From Monocercomonoides exilis PA203 (lineage: Eukaryota > Protista > Preaxostyla), in contig LSRY02000040.1 of assembly GCA_001643675.2 (NCBI GenBank), forward strand, positions 248,001 through 312,000: 64,000 nucleotides of DNA, read 5' to 3'. The notes beneath the pieces were generated by a model, which worked only from the letters and a program-made list of their open reading frames with translations, had not been told where the DNA came from and did no database searches. Of the stretch, positions 49,118 to 62,600 are shown piece after piece. Position numbers and translations under genes: made by a program. Positions within the stretch are counted from its first letter, which is position 1. Every line of letters begins with the position of its first letter.

Positions 49118-52100
49118 GATACAGCTTTGGAAATGCGTTGTCAGGAAAACTGAGAATGGAGTAATTTGAAATCAGAGAAGGTCTGACATTTGAAGGGTTA
49201 TCGATGTTTGAGTTTGTATCAGCAGTGAGTGTTGAGTATTTCAAAGGATGCAACTTGGCAAACGTTAGAAAGATTAATGGAGACGGGGGGCTGATAAAAG
49301 GAGCAGTTGGAACACAGAATGGGGAAGGAGAGGGAAAGGTTGGGATTGTTGTGATTGAAACGTGCACTGTGATAAACTGCAACTGCCAAGGGGCACCACA
49401 AGAGATTGGAAAAGGAGGAGGGATATGCGTGAGCTCAGATGGAGATGGAAGTGTTGTTGTAAATGGGACGAGCACAATCGATGGATGCGAGGCGAGGAAC
49501 AATGGAGGAGGAGCCAAAGGAAGAGGCGGAGGAATGTTGCTGACAATGGCAAGTCCGAAATGCAAGATGGAAATAACAGAAATTGTTGAGTTTTCATCGA
49601 CATCTTCAACGCTTTATGACTCACAATATGGGAAGGGTATGTTTGTTTGTTGTGATTTAACGATATTGCTTGGAATAAAAGTGAGTGCAAACTCTTTTAA
49701 ATATTTTGATAAAAGTGATATTCCATCGGATAAATTGAAGTTTTGTGGGAACGAAGAGGGGAAAGATGAGAAAGTGATACAGCTGTTAGTGTATTTGTGG
49801 AAGAACTGGAGTGGGAATGGGTTTGTTTCGAAAGAGAAAGGAGCAGATTCCAATGGATGAGAGTTATCTGAAGCACTATGTTCATCGATTGATCATTTGA
49901 TATAGATGAGGTGTTCACCACTTGAGACGGAAGAATCGAAGATCTTAATCAGGAAATCCTGTTGCATCAATCACACCATTTCCCTTTTGGCATAACCTTC
50001 AGCTGCTTTTCCAAGACCGAACATGGGGATTGAGGGAGAAGAAAGATGAACAATTGTGACGATTGGTGAAGAGAATGCATAAGCAGCTGAAAGATGGTGG
50101 TTTGCATCGTATGTGATGCTGACGATTGAGAATGTGTCGTTTGTTCTTGTAAATGAGCTAGGAAGGAATAAGTCGCTTGTGAAATCGTTTGCGTAGAGTG
50201 GACGCATGTCAGTTGGGAACCGCTCGTCTGTCTGTGGAAATCCATCTGTTGAAACGAAATCTTGCTTGATGGAAGTTGAAGGCAAAACAGTGCGGGCAGC
50301 GGTATGTTCTCTGTATTTTTTCATCTTGCTGGGAGGGTTCCTGAGATTTGTGGCAGGGGTTGAGGTTGTCAAAGTGGTGAATGTGTCGATTTTGAACACA
50401 AAGGCAGCCAGTTGCAGCTTGATCTCGTTGAGTTAGTCGTTGCATTGTGGCAGAGCAGCTTATGAATCGGATGAAATGAATGAAAACACAAAGACGATGC
50501 TTATAGGAAATTTTTCATCGTTTGCAAACAACACATGTGAAGACAACAGATCAGCTGCAGCGAGTGTGGATTCATTTGCAGTTGGGATTGTGTAAGTGAT
50601 GGAAGTGCGTGTGCTGACGAAGTGCATAGGCAAGAGAAACAAAGAAGGATGAGGAGTGAAGGAGCATTTTAAGAGTGTGGAGTTGGAAGTGAAAGTGAGA
50701 GGATGCTCGTTGGTGATGTGCATGTGCTCAACAGTGGATGGGAGAGGAGGAGGTTTGATGATTGATGCAGTTGATCCGAAAGCTGAATCGGTTGAAAAGG
50801 AAATGCCAGCTCTTGAGGTGAGACTGGAAAACATTCGATTTGTGATGAATGAAGCGTTTGTGGGGAAGGATGTGTTCATCAAGTGATATTCGATTGCAGG
50901 GCAGGTGAATGAAAGACTGTTTGGATTGGACTTCAGCCAGGATGCTTTGAAGTCGAACAGCTCAATTTGTGGGAGGGATGATGTTGACAAGGTTGATGTT
51001 GATCTGATTCCATTGATCACATTCTATTACTCCCCTCAGGTGTTTGTGAGTGTGAATGGAAACGACAGCAGACAGTGTGGAGCACAGGAGAAGCCATGCC
51101 AAAGCATTTGCTGTGGAGTTCGACACATTGAGAGAAGCGTTGCGAATATGATTCTGATTGATGGAGAATGTCTGATTGGTGGAGTGTGTGAGATTGGAGA
51201 TTTGAATGTGAAATCATTGAAGAAAGTGCAGGCAACCATTCATTTGAACGCAATGATTAAAGAAGATGAAATGAATGGAGGAAGTGTGATTGTGTTTGTT
51301 GATGAGTGTGTTGTGGAGAGATGTGGATTTGTGTTTGGGGAGATGTTTTGGTGGGGTGGGGAAAGCATTGTGAAAGAGAAGGATGGGAGATTGGAGATTT
51401 CGGAGTGTTTGTTCAGCTCAGCAACGATGGATCTGGTGATGAAGAGCAGGATTGTGAGTGTTGAGAGTGGAGAGCTGAAGATAACAGAAACAACATTCAG
51501 AGATATTCATTCAAAAGTGTCAGTTCTTTCATTTTGTGAATAATCGAATGTGATTCTTCTTGAAACAAGCATTTCAAATATCAAATGAAGGGGAGATGTT
51601 GTGAATGTTGGAATATAAGAGAAGGTGGTGATGAAGATCATTATGAATGAGAATGCTTATCTGCAATCAGATAGATGTGTTGTTGTGATGGAAGATGATG
51701 AGCAACAGGAAAGATTGCATATGTTATTTGATGAAAACAGACTTTCTTTTCGAAATATTATTGTTGTGATGAATTATAATATAACAGTCTTTATAGATGA
51801 AGAAAATTTTGAAATAAAAAAGAAGAAAGAAATTTCAAATGGATTTTCATGATGTACTTTGATAATTTCTATTTTTTTACATCTTCTTTATAATCGCATT
51901 GCAAGACAGTATATGATGTTATTGAAAAAGTTCAACAATCGATTGATTATTCAGCGTGATGTGATTAATGTTGTTTGATAAGAAAACAATGGAAAAAGAT
52001 AATTACAACATTATCGGTTTTGTTGTTGTGCCAATGCTTTTTGACTTCAGCAAGCTTCGAAGCATTCGCCTTTGAGTCAACTGTCTCAATTGTCTCAATT

Positions 52101-52232
52101 TATTTTTTATTTTTGTTTTACTGTTTTCAATCGTTGCGCAATAAAGAATTCTGTGTTTTCTTTGAACATGTGAATTCCATGAGTCTCAATGTTCGAAAGA
52201 TATAATTGCTTTGTTGAGTATTTTCTTTTTCG

Positions 52233-53560
52233 TTATCTTCTGAGTGAATTATCTTCATCATCATCTTCTTCTTCTTCTTCTTTGTTTTCATCTTCCTCCT
52301 CCTCCTCCTTCTCTTCATCTCTCAACTTTTCATCCTCTTCATCAACTTCTTCCTTTGTTTCATCATCTTCATTATCATCGTCGTCTCCGAAGTTTTCAAG
52401 GAAGTTTGTATTTGTTGGATCAAAACTTGAATCATCATTTATTGTTTCACTTTTTATTTCAATTTCATCAATTCTTTCGAGCATTTGTTTTTTGAATATC
52501 ATTTCGATATCAGTTGCATCAAACAATTTGATTGGTATTTCCTCTTTTTGTGTTATTTCCCTTGTCTTTTCATATAATTCTTTTCCTTTGTCTTTTTCTT
52601 CCTTTCGGAGTTCGGATATTCTGCCTTCACACTTCTCATATGTGTTTATGAACGCCTGTATCTCTTTTGTGTTGATTTTGAAGAAATTGCTTAACATTTT
52701 CTGAAGATCATTAGAAATATTTTTCTACAGACATGTGCTTGTATGTGTTCTTTTTTTAATTGATATGTTCTTCCTCTTCTTGGAATGTGAGCTTTCATAT
52801 TAAACTGCATTCATTCAATTGTTTGTGAGCAAGTTTTTTTGTTTATTTTATTAACAAAGCTTTTTGAATGACTAACGCTCTGGAGTTTGTCATCTTTTTT
52901 TCTAAAATGTTGAAAGCAGACTACATGTTTAAATTAATAGTTGCTGATTTATCGATGATTCTTTCTATTCAATTCAATAGTGACTGTTCATTTCTATTTG
53001 GAAGAAAGTCTTGGGTTTATTTCTGTTTCTGTACTTCTTGTTTTCATTCCATTGCACCCCAAAACCATTGTTGTTCTTTAACTTTTCTAACGTTTTTTTT
53101 TTTGCTTTTTGAAGTTTTGTATAGTTCATTTCCATTGTTTTATTGATGCAAATTTTGTATGAACAATTCAGTTCAAAACAGGCACAAATTCTTCTCATTT
53201 ATTGATTGAATTTTATTATTGTTTTATTTGATAAATTTGTTTCTGTTATCTTTTCATTTATCTCGTCCCGATTCCAGTAATGGAACAAAAAGCACATTGG
53301 AAAAAAATGATGATAATTTTAATCCATTGAAAATTGTTTTATTCTTCCAAAAATATTCCTTTTTGCATCTCGAATATCGAAATGAGTTATTGCTTCAAAC
53401 ATTTCTCCATTTCTTTTGTAATTTGTTGACACCACATTTATGACATTAAATACTTTTGTTAATAATGCCATATTCCTCAAACAGTGAAAAGAGGTACTCA
53501 TAGCTCCCTGATGAATTAATTACAAAAAGTGTGAATGTTGGAAATTTGCACTTTACTGAT
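52233..53560 (-). pseudogene. Unknown protein with acidic C-terminus, fragmented
   Basis: ORF 52233-52697 with a D/E tail, plus upstream fragments. Confidence 0.35.
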
Positions 53561-53599
53561 TCCTCTTGAATGGATTTGATGAGTATTGAACATTTAATA

Positions 53600-56083
53600 G
53601 TTGGGGAAAAAACCCACATCAGGGAAAAAACTCATGCACATGGGCTAAATAAATTCTTCATTAATTATGTTTGTTAAAATTTGAGTTCACTTGAGAAGAA
53701 ACATTGTGCATTGAAGTGATTTTTCTGTTTTTGAAACAAAACATTCTACAAAAGGGAAATTTGATCCAAATTCACTCCGCTTTTCACTAATTCCAAATTA
53801 TCAAGTTTTTTGTCATTCAACTGACTTTTCTTGACTTATTTCATTTATATTCAATGAAAAAAAATGAAAGTTTTTTGTCTGAATATACTTGTTTGAATGG
53901 GAAAAAATATGAAGTGTACAAAGAGCATAAAAAAGTGAGATCTGAAATGAAAAACACATTTAGATTTATGTGATTAAAGTGTTTCGATATTCCTATAAAA
54001 AAAATATATCTGAAACAGAATAAAAATGATTGGTTTTTTAAAAATCCCAAAGATCTTTAATCATAACAATTCAAAGAGATTGAAGGTCAACGATAATAAT
54101 TTGAAAATCATAAATACAAACCATTTATTGATAGAAAAATATCAACGATATGATTTTTCTGTTCAAATACAAAAACATTCATCAATGAGTTTGACACATC
54201 AAAATAATGGGTATGCAACACATCATTTATTTCCAATTGAATTCATAAAAAGAAACTTAAATTTTTTTGTAATTGTGAATGAGATAAATTGTAGATAGTA
54301 TATTTAACAAATGATTCATTAGTTGCATCCTGAACAGGGGAACATACAAGTTTGATTTGTCATTCGTTGTTCAATTCGATACTTAGAATATTATCTGTTC
54401 ATTTTGAAAAAATTATTTGCTTTCAGAGAAAACGAAAGAAATTAAAGATATAAAGAGAGAATTTTAAATTTTTGATCCTTCCATCTATTTAGTTCTTCGG
54501 AAAGACGAGAATAACATCAAATGGCAGAGCTTGTTGTGATTTATAAACGTTTTTGGGAGATCTATCCAACGTGTTGATATATCCATATTTTTGTTCATTT
54601 TGTCTGTGAGAAAGCAGTCACTGAGTATTTGAAAGTGCTCTTTTATGAATTTTTCAGCTGGAAAACAAAGAAGCAAGGGAAATGGAGCTCAAAATCATTT
54701 TTTCAAAGAAAGGTTTATGGAGAAAGGTTTCCTCGAAAACGGAGATCATAATACAAATAGGGCTGTTTCTATGCAACTTGGTGCACAAACATGGTACTGT
54801 TGAATACTTGCAACAATTACATCTCAAATTGAAAGCGAAAGATGAAGGAGTTTGATTTTTTTGACGTGAGTTTTGACAACACTACACATTAGAAAATTTT
54901 TAACCATTGTTCAGGAAATGTTGTTTTGAAGAATTAGAATTTCAAATTGATGTTTATTAAAAAGATATGCACTCCAATCCAGACAGCAAGTGTGAATGAA
55001 AGAATTTTAAGAGAAAAAATCAGCAAAATGCAATTTTTTGACTATGTTTTCCCATCAATAATCATCAAAAACATGAAGCAAATGTCAAATTTTGCTGAAA
55101 GTTGAGATGTGAGGAGAAAGAATATACACTGAAGAGATGGAGTGAAAAAATAAAGAAACTGTTTGCATGTGCATTTATTGAACATATTCAGTGAGGAGGA
55201 AAGACTAGAATTAAAAACCACTTCACAAAAAGGAACTTCTGTGGTGAACTGAAAGAGGATAAATTGGGAGCGATTGCTTTTGATTCGAACATCATTAAAA
55301 ATTCTGTGATCTGCAAAACATAAAAATATGAAATGAATGCTTCATAAAGCGTATATGGTAAGAAACAACTTCAAGTGAGTGCATACGAGCATTTAGATAA
55401 AGTTTTATCATTGGATAAAAGATTGCTTGCATTTGAACAAGAAAATAATGTTTAATGTTTCGTAATTTTTTTTTTATTTTAAAAAAAATTTTTTATACTG
55501 TGAATCTTTATGGAGATAATATTTAAAATATAAATTATTATTTATTTTTAATCGAATACCTTTTAAATATTTCGATAAAACTGTTAAAAATAAAAAATGA
55601 CTATCAACATTTTTATTGATTTATATTCGATGTGAAATCAAAAAATTATATCAAACAGTCATTTCTAATGAATTGAAGATCGTCAAAAAGTGAAATTTTA
55701 TGATTAAAATCAAAAGAAGCAATTATAATTATTAAATTGTATTTCTGGAGCAGAAAAAAGAACTATTCATCAAGAATTCAATTTTTTCAAAAATGAAAAT
55801 AAGATTTCACACAATTTATCTTCTTTGCTTCATTTTTTGACAGAAAGAATTGCACTGTTTCATATGATAATTGAAGGAAAATTGTGATCGTTTATTTAAT
55901 CTTGTTTTGTAAGTTTCAAGGAAATAATTATCAATTCAACAAATGACAACAAAACACAAAAAATATACTTAACGGAATAAGAATTATTCCGTTTTATTGG
56001 TGTTTTGATTATGCTTATGGTAATTTTGAAAATTTGAGACAATGTGTTCAAGTTTCGTATTTTGTGTGGGTTTTTTCCCTGAC
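53600..56083. mobile_element. Non-autonomous relative (E5) of pogo-like E3, 2.5 kb
   Basis: Ends GTTGGGGAAAAAACCCACATCAGGGAAAAAACTCATGCACA and AAGTTTCGTATTTTGTGTGGGTTTTTTCCCTGAC match the E3 left and right ends respectively. TA flanks; no transposase motifs seen. Confidence 0.87.
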
Positions 56084-56134
56084 TATAAAAAAATTTTTAA
56101 TTTGATTATTCAATAATGGTTTTGAACAAAAATT

Positions 56135-56284
56135 AAAAAATTGATTATGGGATTTATGATAAATTATTAAAATCGAGTGAAATTTCATGATCGAATTTCG
56201 CAATTTCCCTCCTTGAATCGCTTATATAAATTGTGTGGATTAACGATATTATATTCAAATATTGAAAAAATTCAAACTGAAAGT
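56135..56284. repeat. Inverted copy of 44376-44525
   Basis: See partner. Confidence 0.88.
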
Positions 56285-56611
56285 GGTGAAATTTCCACCT
56301 GCACAGTTTATTTATGATCATTAAACTCAACTTTTTTTTGAACAACATGCGATTTAATAACAATATCATATTTTTTTCTTATAAAAGAAGAGAACATAAC
56401 GCACATCAAAAGTTAAAAGTGATTTTGCTTTTTTTGAAAGTTATATTTGTTTGCAAATAATTGAATGTGAGACTTTCACAAACAATTTGAAGACCTGAAA
56501 ATTTTTTCACATTTAACTTTTAATCATGTTCATTTTTTGTTTTGAACTGACATGAAAGTGTAATTTTTCGAATGAAAAACAAACAAACACATTGCAAATC
56601 ATGTTTTTTTC

Positions 56612-56745
<134 letters not shown>

Positions 56746-58729
56746 ATTATTTTTTGAACAAAGTGTAATTGTGAATGCATAAAAGAAAAAAGAAGTTTAA
56801 ACAAGAAATGAGGTTTTTAAGAAAAAAAAAAGGAATTAGAAAAATTTGAAAGACAGAAACAAGAAATTGATGAACGTTAATTTTGAACTGTTTGAGTTCA
56901 AAAAAAACTCCATTGTGATTTTGTTGTGTTTGCGTTAAGCAGTTCGGAATTCTTTTGGATTCTTTTCCAATTTTGTTGATCGCTGAATGACACATCACAA
57001 CACTTGTCCAGTATTTGCTGCTTTTCCGCTTGAGTGGATGAAATCGATGGAGTTTTATTTAAAGAATGAAGGAGGGAGATTTTATTCGTAACATAAGGTT
57101 GTTTTTTGCTTGAAGAGTTACCAATCGCTGAAGATTCAAATAATTTTTGTTTTTCCTGTGTTGAAAGAGAAGAATTGGAGATAGGAGCAATTTCTTGAGT
57201 TGGCAACATTGCTGAAAGTGTAATTGGAAAATGTTGTGAAGAAGAAAAAAGTGATGAATTATAAGAAATTGTTTAATCCCACATATTTGATTTTGTGGAA
57301 AATTGGAAGGATGAAGATGAAGTCGGAATTGTGCGATTTGATATGATGATTGATGTTTTATGCTGTGGAAAATTTTTGATGATCGATTGTTCTGTTGCTG
57401 AATAGAGTGACACAAGTCCGTGAAATGTGGGACAAATTTTTTTTTCATAATGTTTTAATGATCGTAAAATGTGTAATTAAACATATTGGGGGAAAAAAAG
57501 GAGAAAACTTCTCACTTGTGAAAATATAATCCTGTTAGTCTTTTGAAAGCGAGATGAAATCGGTTTGTTGTTGCTCTTATAGCAATATTCAAATGATATG
57601 ATTTTCTGTTTTTTGAATTTCCTTAATCTTATGTTGCATAAATTTTTGACATTAAATGGAAGCTTTTATGTCAAACACAATAGATGAACGGGTTTTTTCG
57701 AAATTTAAACGAGCGATAAAAAATGTTGAAACATGAAACTGGTTGAAATTTATTTAGAAATAATGTTATTTATTTGATTACTAATTTTTCTAATTTATAA
57801 ACAGACAAATAATTTGCATGAGTTATTAATATAAATAACAAGTTATATATAAAAGTTTGGATGTTTCATATAATAAAACTGCGAAAAAAAAACATTAATT
57901 GTTTCAAATTTTTATTTTTTTTTGCATTTGATAAACCATTTGTTTCACAAAAAAGTTTAGTCAGAATATTCGGGATAATTTATTTTTCTTTTTTATTGTC
58001 GAACATCTTGACAATTATTTAAATTGAAAGATAATTAAATAGACAAACTTTGAACAACAACAACAAAAAAAAAAAAAGAAAGAAAGAAAAATATGCATTG
58101 TGCAAAAGTGTATGTATTCAAAGTTTCCAAACAAACTTGTTTGTCATTAAGTTCTTCTCTTGTATAATTCAAATTTTTTTGAATATTTCATAAATGGAAT
58201 GTCAAAAGAAAAATAGCAATCAGACAAAAAAAGAACAAGAAATGTTTGAAACCTTTTCTGTAGATATATCTGTTTGTTTTTTGAAAGAATTATTATATTT
58301 TTTTATCATTTATTGTCAATTTTGATTACCTATCAAGCATTGGTTTAATTTTTAAAAAAAGAGTCAAATTTTTTCATTGTAGTATTGTATTGATTAATCA
58401 CTTTATTTTCACTTCTCCTTTCTTATTCATTTTATGATATATGCAGACTTATACCGATCTCAATGACTTTGTGAAAATATCATCTTTATTTAGTGAGAAT
58501 GAATCAAAAGCTATTATTGCAACAAATAGATAATCCCCAAATGCCAAATAAATATGAGAAACGAAAAAATGGATGAAGATGAATTGACTTTTAAAAAAAA
58601 TGATCAAGAAATGAATGATGAAAAGGAAATGAAATACATATACATTGATGTGATAACAATCAGACTTGAAGAATGTGTGTGCAATAGAGAGGGAATAATA
58701 AAGATAGCAATTGATCTTGTCGAAAAAAG

Positions 58730-59993
58730 AGTAATAACAAAAAAGAATCATTCAAATCAGGAATTATTCAAAAAAGCTGTTTTTTCAGAGCATTTGCAAT
58801 CAAGTCAAAAGGAAGAGATATATGTTCTGCTGAAAGACCGCCTTTGTTGAATAAACCAAACAAATCAATTGCGAAAGAATCAATAAATGAGGAAGAAATG
58901 CAACGTGTATATCCTTGCGCAAAGCAAGTTAAAGAGATGGAATATTGTTATATTTTTTATTGTTTTGTTATTTTTTCTTTCACTGTATTTTCAAGCTCAA
59001 CTGACAATATCTGAAAGTTCAGGGAAACATGTTGATGATGTTTATATTTCGAGAACATAGCCCTATCGATTCTTTAATTATCAATCAGATTAGTTTTTCA
59101 TACACCCAATTCAACTACCAGCTGCTAGAGCAGCACACTCAACAAAAGAGTGTCTTGCTTCATGGTTCGAAATAGTTAAATCATTACATGATGAGTTCAG
59201 ATAATTGCTCGAACATATTTTTTATCTTGATGAAGTTTATTAATCTGTGTCAGATGTCAGACCTGAAAAAGTGGTGAATACTGTGGATTCCCATGCTCTA
59301 TTTGAACCAGAATCAATATTACAACCTTCAATTTCTTCACTGTTAATCATGTCTGCAGATGATGTGATACATCCTGTTGTTACAAAAATCAAAGCCAAAA
59401 TACTCCTCATCGATTTTCAAAAAGCAAACTATCCCCTGTTGAGATTTGTTACTGATGAAACATGCGCAATGACGAAAGAAAGTTTTCAGATGGTATTTGA
59501 CAGAGTCATTATACACTTTATTATTCACAGAAGGATTATCATTAATGAAAAGAACACGCACAGTTTTCTGTTAATGGATTCTCATGAAGCACATCTGTCC
59601 CCTCATATAATTCAGAATAAAAAAGTTCATAATATGGATTTGTGGTTTCCGCCATTTCACACTTTGTATCTTGTTCAGCCATTGGATCTGAATGACAATG
59701 CTGTATTTAAGAATTTGTTGAGATCAATTAATTATGAAACACCAGATCCTTCTGCTAGTGAAAAAAGAAAATAATTTATCAACAAGTTTATCAATTCATT
59801 ACACCTGGCATTTAATCCTTTAACAATTGAAGTAACATTCAAAGATTCAGAAATATGGTCATTTAATCCAGAGATTGTGTTATCGAAAGTGCCTCAGAGA
59901 AAGCTAGTATGGGAAAATGTTTTGGAAAATATAACAGATCCGACAAAACCTCATTTCAATGGGAAAATGTTTATTTCCTATCCACCAAGTTAA
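58730..59993 (+). pseudogene. pogo-like DDE_1 transposase, disrupted
   Basis: QLPAARAAHSTK, IFYLDE, IMSAD, LLMDSHEAH, PPFHTLYLVQPLD, IWSFNP; in-frame stops. Confidence 0.85.
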
Positions 59994-61768
59994 AGCGTTG
60001 ATAAAAATGTTAACCCTTATTTTTCTGAAAAAATTTCTTAAACTGTTTGCATTCTAACTTTAAATTTTGCTTTATATTAAAAATAACACACAATATAAAC
60101 CAAAAAGCTTCATTTTTTCAAATATAATTTGTTTTATGAACAAAAAGATCATAAAAGCTAAAAATAAAACATTGTCTCGGATTTGTGAATACAAAAACTC
60201 TCTCAAATGAACATTTTCTGAGATTTGTTTTTAGTATTCTTATTTTTTTATTTTCACTCAAAATAATATGGTGGAAAACATGAACATTCAAGTTTTTTTT
60301 GTGCAAAACACAAAAAAAAGCTTCACTGATCACATTTTTCGCTTTCTCAGACTTCAAAATTAATTTGATTTTCATATGCGTAAACAGGCATCGTTGAAAT
60401 CAAAATATAAAGTTTTCTAACATTTCACGAATGTCAAAAAATGGACTAATTTATTTGTGTTTTTTGACCTCAAAAAGTCAATGAAAAGCGCATAATTTTT
60501 CAATAAAAATGTGAGAAGTCAAATATTTTGTCCCAATAAATCAATTTTATCCATCAAAAACAACTTTATCCAAATATAAGCAGTTTTAAATAGATTGGAA
60601 AGAACATTTGAACATCAAAAACCGTTGTTTAAGAGAAATACGTCTGTCACTAAGAATTATTTTAGCCAAAAATCTTTATCAAAATTCATTAAGGAAAGAA
60701 TGAAATATTTATAATAATTCTTTTCATCCTCTATTATTTAATTCAAACATAATATTTTTTTAACAGTCAAAAACAGATGTTAATTGTATAAAGAGAAAAA
60801 GCTAGTTCATATTTTTTGGAAAATGTAAATATAAATGTGGGATTGATTTAATTATTTTGAATTATTTATTTGCTTTTTGAAAATTTTTTTATGATTCAAA
60901 TATTCTCTTGTTTAATAAGAAATAATAGTAATTAATGACCTTTTATCAACTTTTTATCCAAAAATTATCATTTTTTAATTATATGTTAAAATATTCGGGT
61001 TAACGGTTCGTTTTCAAAAAAATGGTTTTATCACAAGAAACAAAAAGTTTCAAAATGAATCGTCCAATTCAAAAATTTTGAAATAATTTTTGCATTTCAA
61101 ACATTTCAAAAGTTATGTTAAAAACAAGAAATGCAGAAGGGAAACAGCCATATTCATGCAACAGTAATTAATGAAAATTTGATATTTGCGTTTTTTTTGA
61201 GAATTTGGCAAATAAAAGTTTATTAAAAAATTAACCTTTTGCAACACAAATTTTCTTGACGAATTTTTCGCAAAAATATTTAATATCTGAATTAACAACT
61301 CTTATGTTTCTTTATTTATTATTTATATCAAAATAATGACAAGATGATTACTGATTTCACTAAAGTGATTTTCAACTATTGTGTTTTTTAAAACGTTATT
61401 CGCAACGCATTTATGAAAAATATCCAGATATTCAAGTATTATTTTGATATTAAACATATTTTTAATTTTTCTGTGAGTTTTATTATTAATAATATATAAA
61501 TTCAAACACTCTTAAAAATGAAGAAACAATACAAGAAAAGCTGTTTTTTCATGCAATAATTGAGTTTTCATTTGTCAATGCAATGGCAAGACATGAAGAT
61601 ATGGGAACGTCCGGGAAAAACAAATTTCAATTTGTGTATGAAAAATTGAAAATTTTTGTTCTATCATTTTTTTCGAAAAGTTTGAGAAAAGCTGTCAGAA
61701 TTTCAACTTTTATTTCTTGAAAAAAGATCATTTTCAAGTATTAATAAGTTTGATCAAACATTCATCAA

Positions 61769-62600
61769 ATGTCATTGTCACAAAGAATGTTCACAAAAAC
61801 ACCTATTTGTGAACTCAACGATATATTTTCGGATGAAATGAGTGCATGGAAATTGTATTTCGAAAATGTGCTGGAAGGAGAAGCTCCAAAATGCAGACAT
61901 GATAAATGCAAAATGATATTCACATCTGGAGGGAAATATTACAAATATTGGAGATGCGGAAAATGTGGCAAAAAATAGTCAGTTTTAAAAAACACTTTTT
62001 TGGAAAATTCGAAAATACCACTGAGAAAAATCTTGATGATTGTTTTATATTATTTCATTGGTATATCAGCCGCACACATTGGTGAACTGCTTGAATAAGA
62101 AAAATCACAATTCATAATTGGACGAATGTTATTCGAGTCAGATGCACATCAATATGGAACGAAAATCAAGCCATCATAGGATGGCTGGGAAGAATTGTGG
62201 AGATTAATGAAGTTGTTTGGATGTGCAGAAAGTTTGGGCAAAGGATAAAGAAGAGTTAAATTTGTATATTTGGAACTGTGGAAAGGAAACCAGAGGGATG
62301 AGCAAGAAAGAATTTTGTAATAATCTTGCCAAATAGGAAGGCAGAGACATTTGTTCCAATAATACGAGCCAAAATTCTTCCTGAAACTTGGATGATGAGC
62401 GATGAATGGAAGGCTTATGCTGGATTGAAGGATTATTGTTTCGCTCATGATACTGTCTGTCACAAGCGAGAATTCAAAAAGTGAAATTAAACATGCCTGC
62501 ACAAACACAGTCGAAGTTTTGTGGATTAATTTACGGAAAATTTTTCAAAGTTTTGGATGAAGAAAAAAGTATCTTGGTGACTATTTATCTATGTGGCTGG
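61769..62600 (+). pseudogene. Merlin/ISXO2-like (IS1595 family) transposase remnant
   Basis: Zn-ribbon CRHDKC...WRCGKC; SVLKNTFLENSKIPLRKIL; RIVEINE; PNRKAETFVPIIRAKILPETWMMSDEWKAY; HDTVCHKREF; CTNTVEVLW. Confidence 0.85.

Larger units (their letters stand above)
44670..51852 (+). pseudogene. Large beta-helix/pectin-lyase-like surface protein gene, decayed and split by the 45486-49117 element
   Basis: Gly/Cys-rich motifs (CGFDYYPCTTI, GKGGGICV, GRGGGLMI, DSRQCGAQEKPCQSI). The frame reads through (SIRYS|FGNALSG) when the insertion and one TSD are removed. Many stops. Confidence 0.7.
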
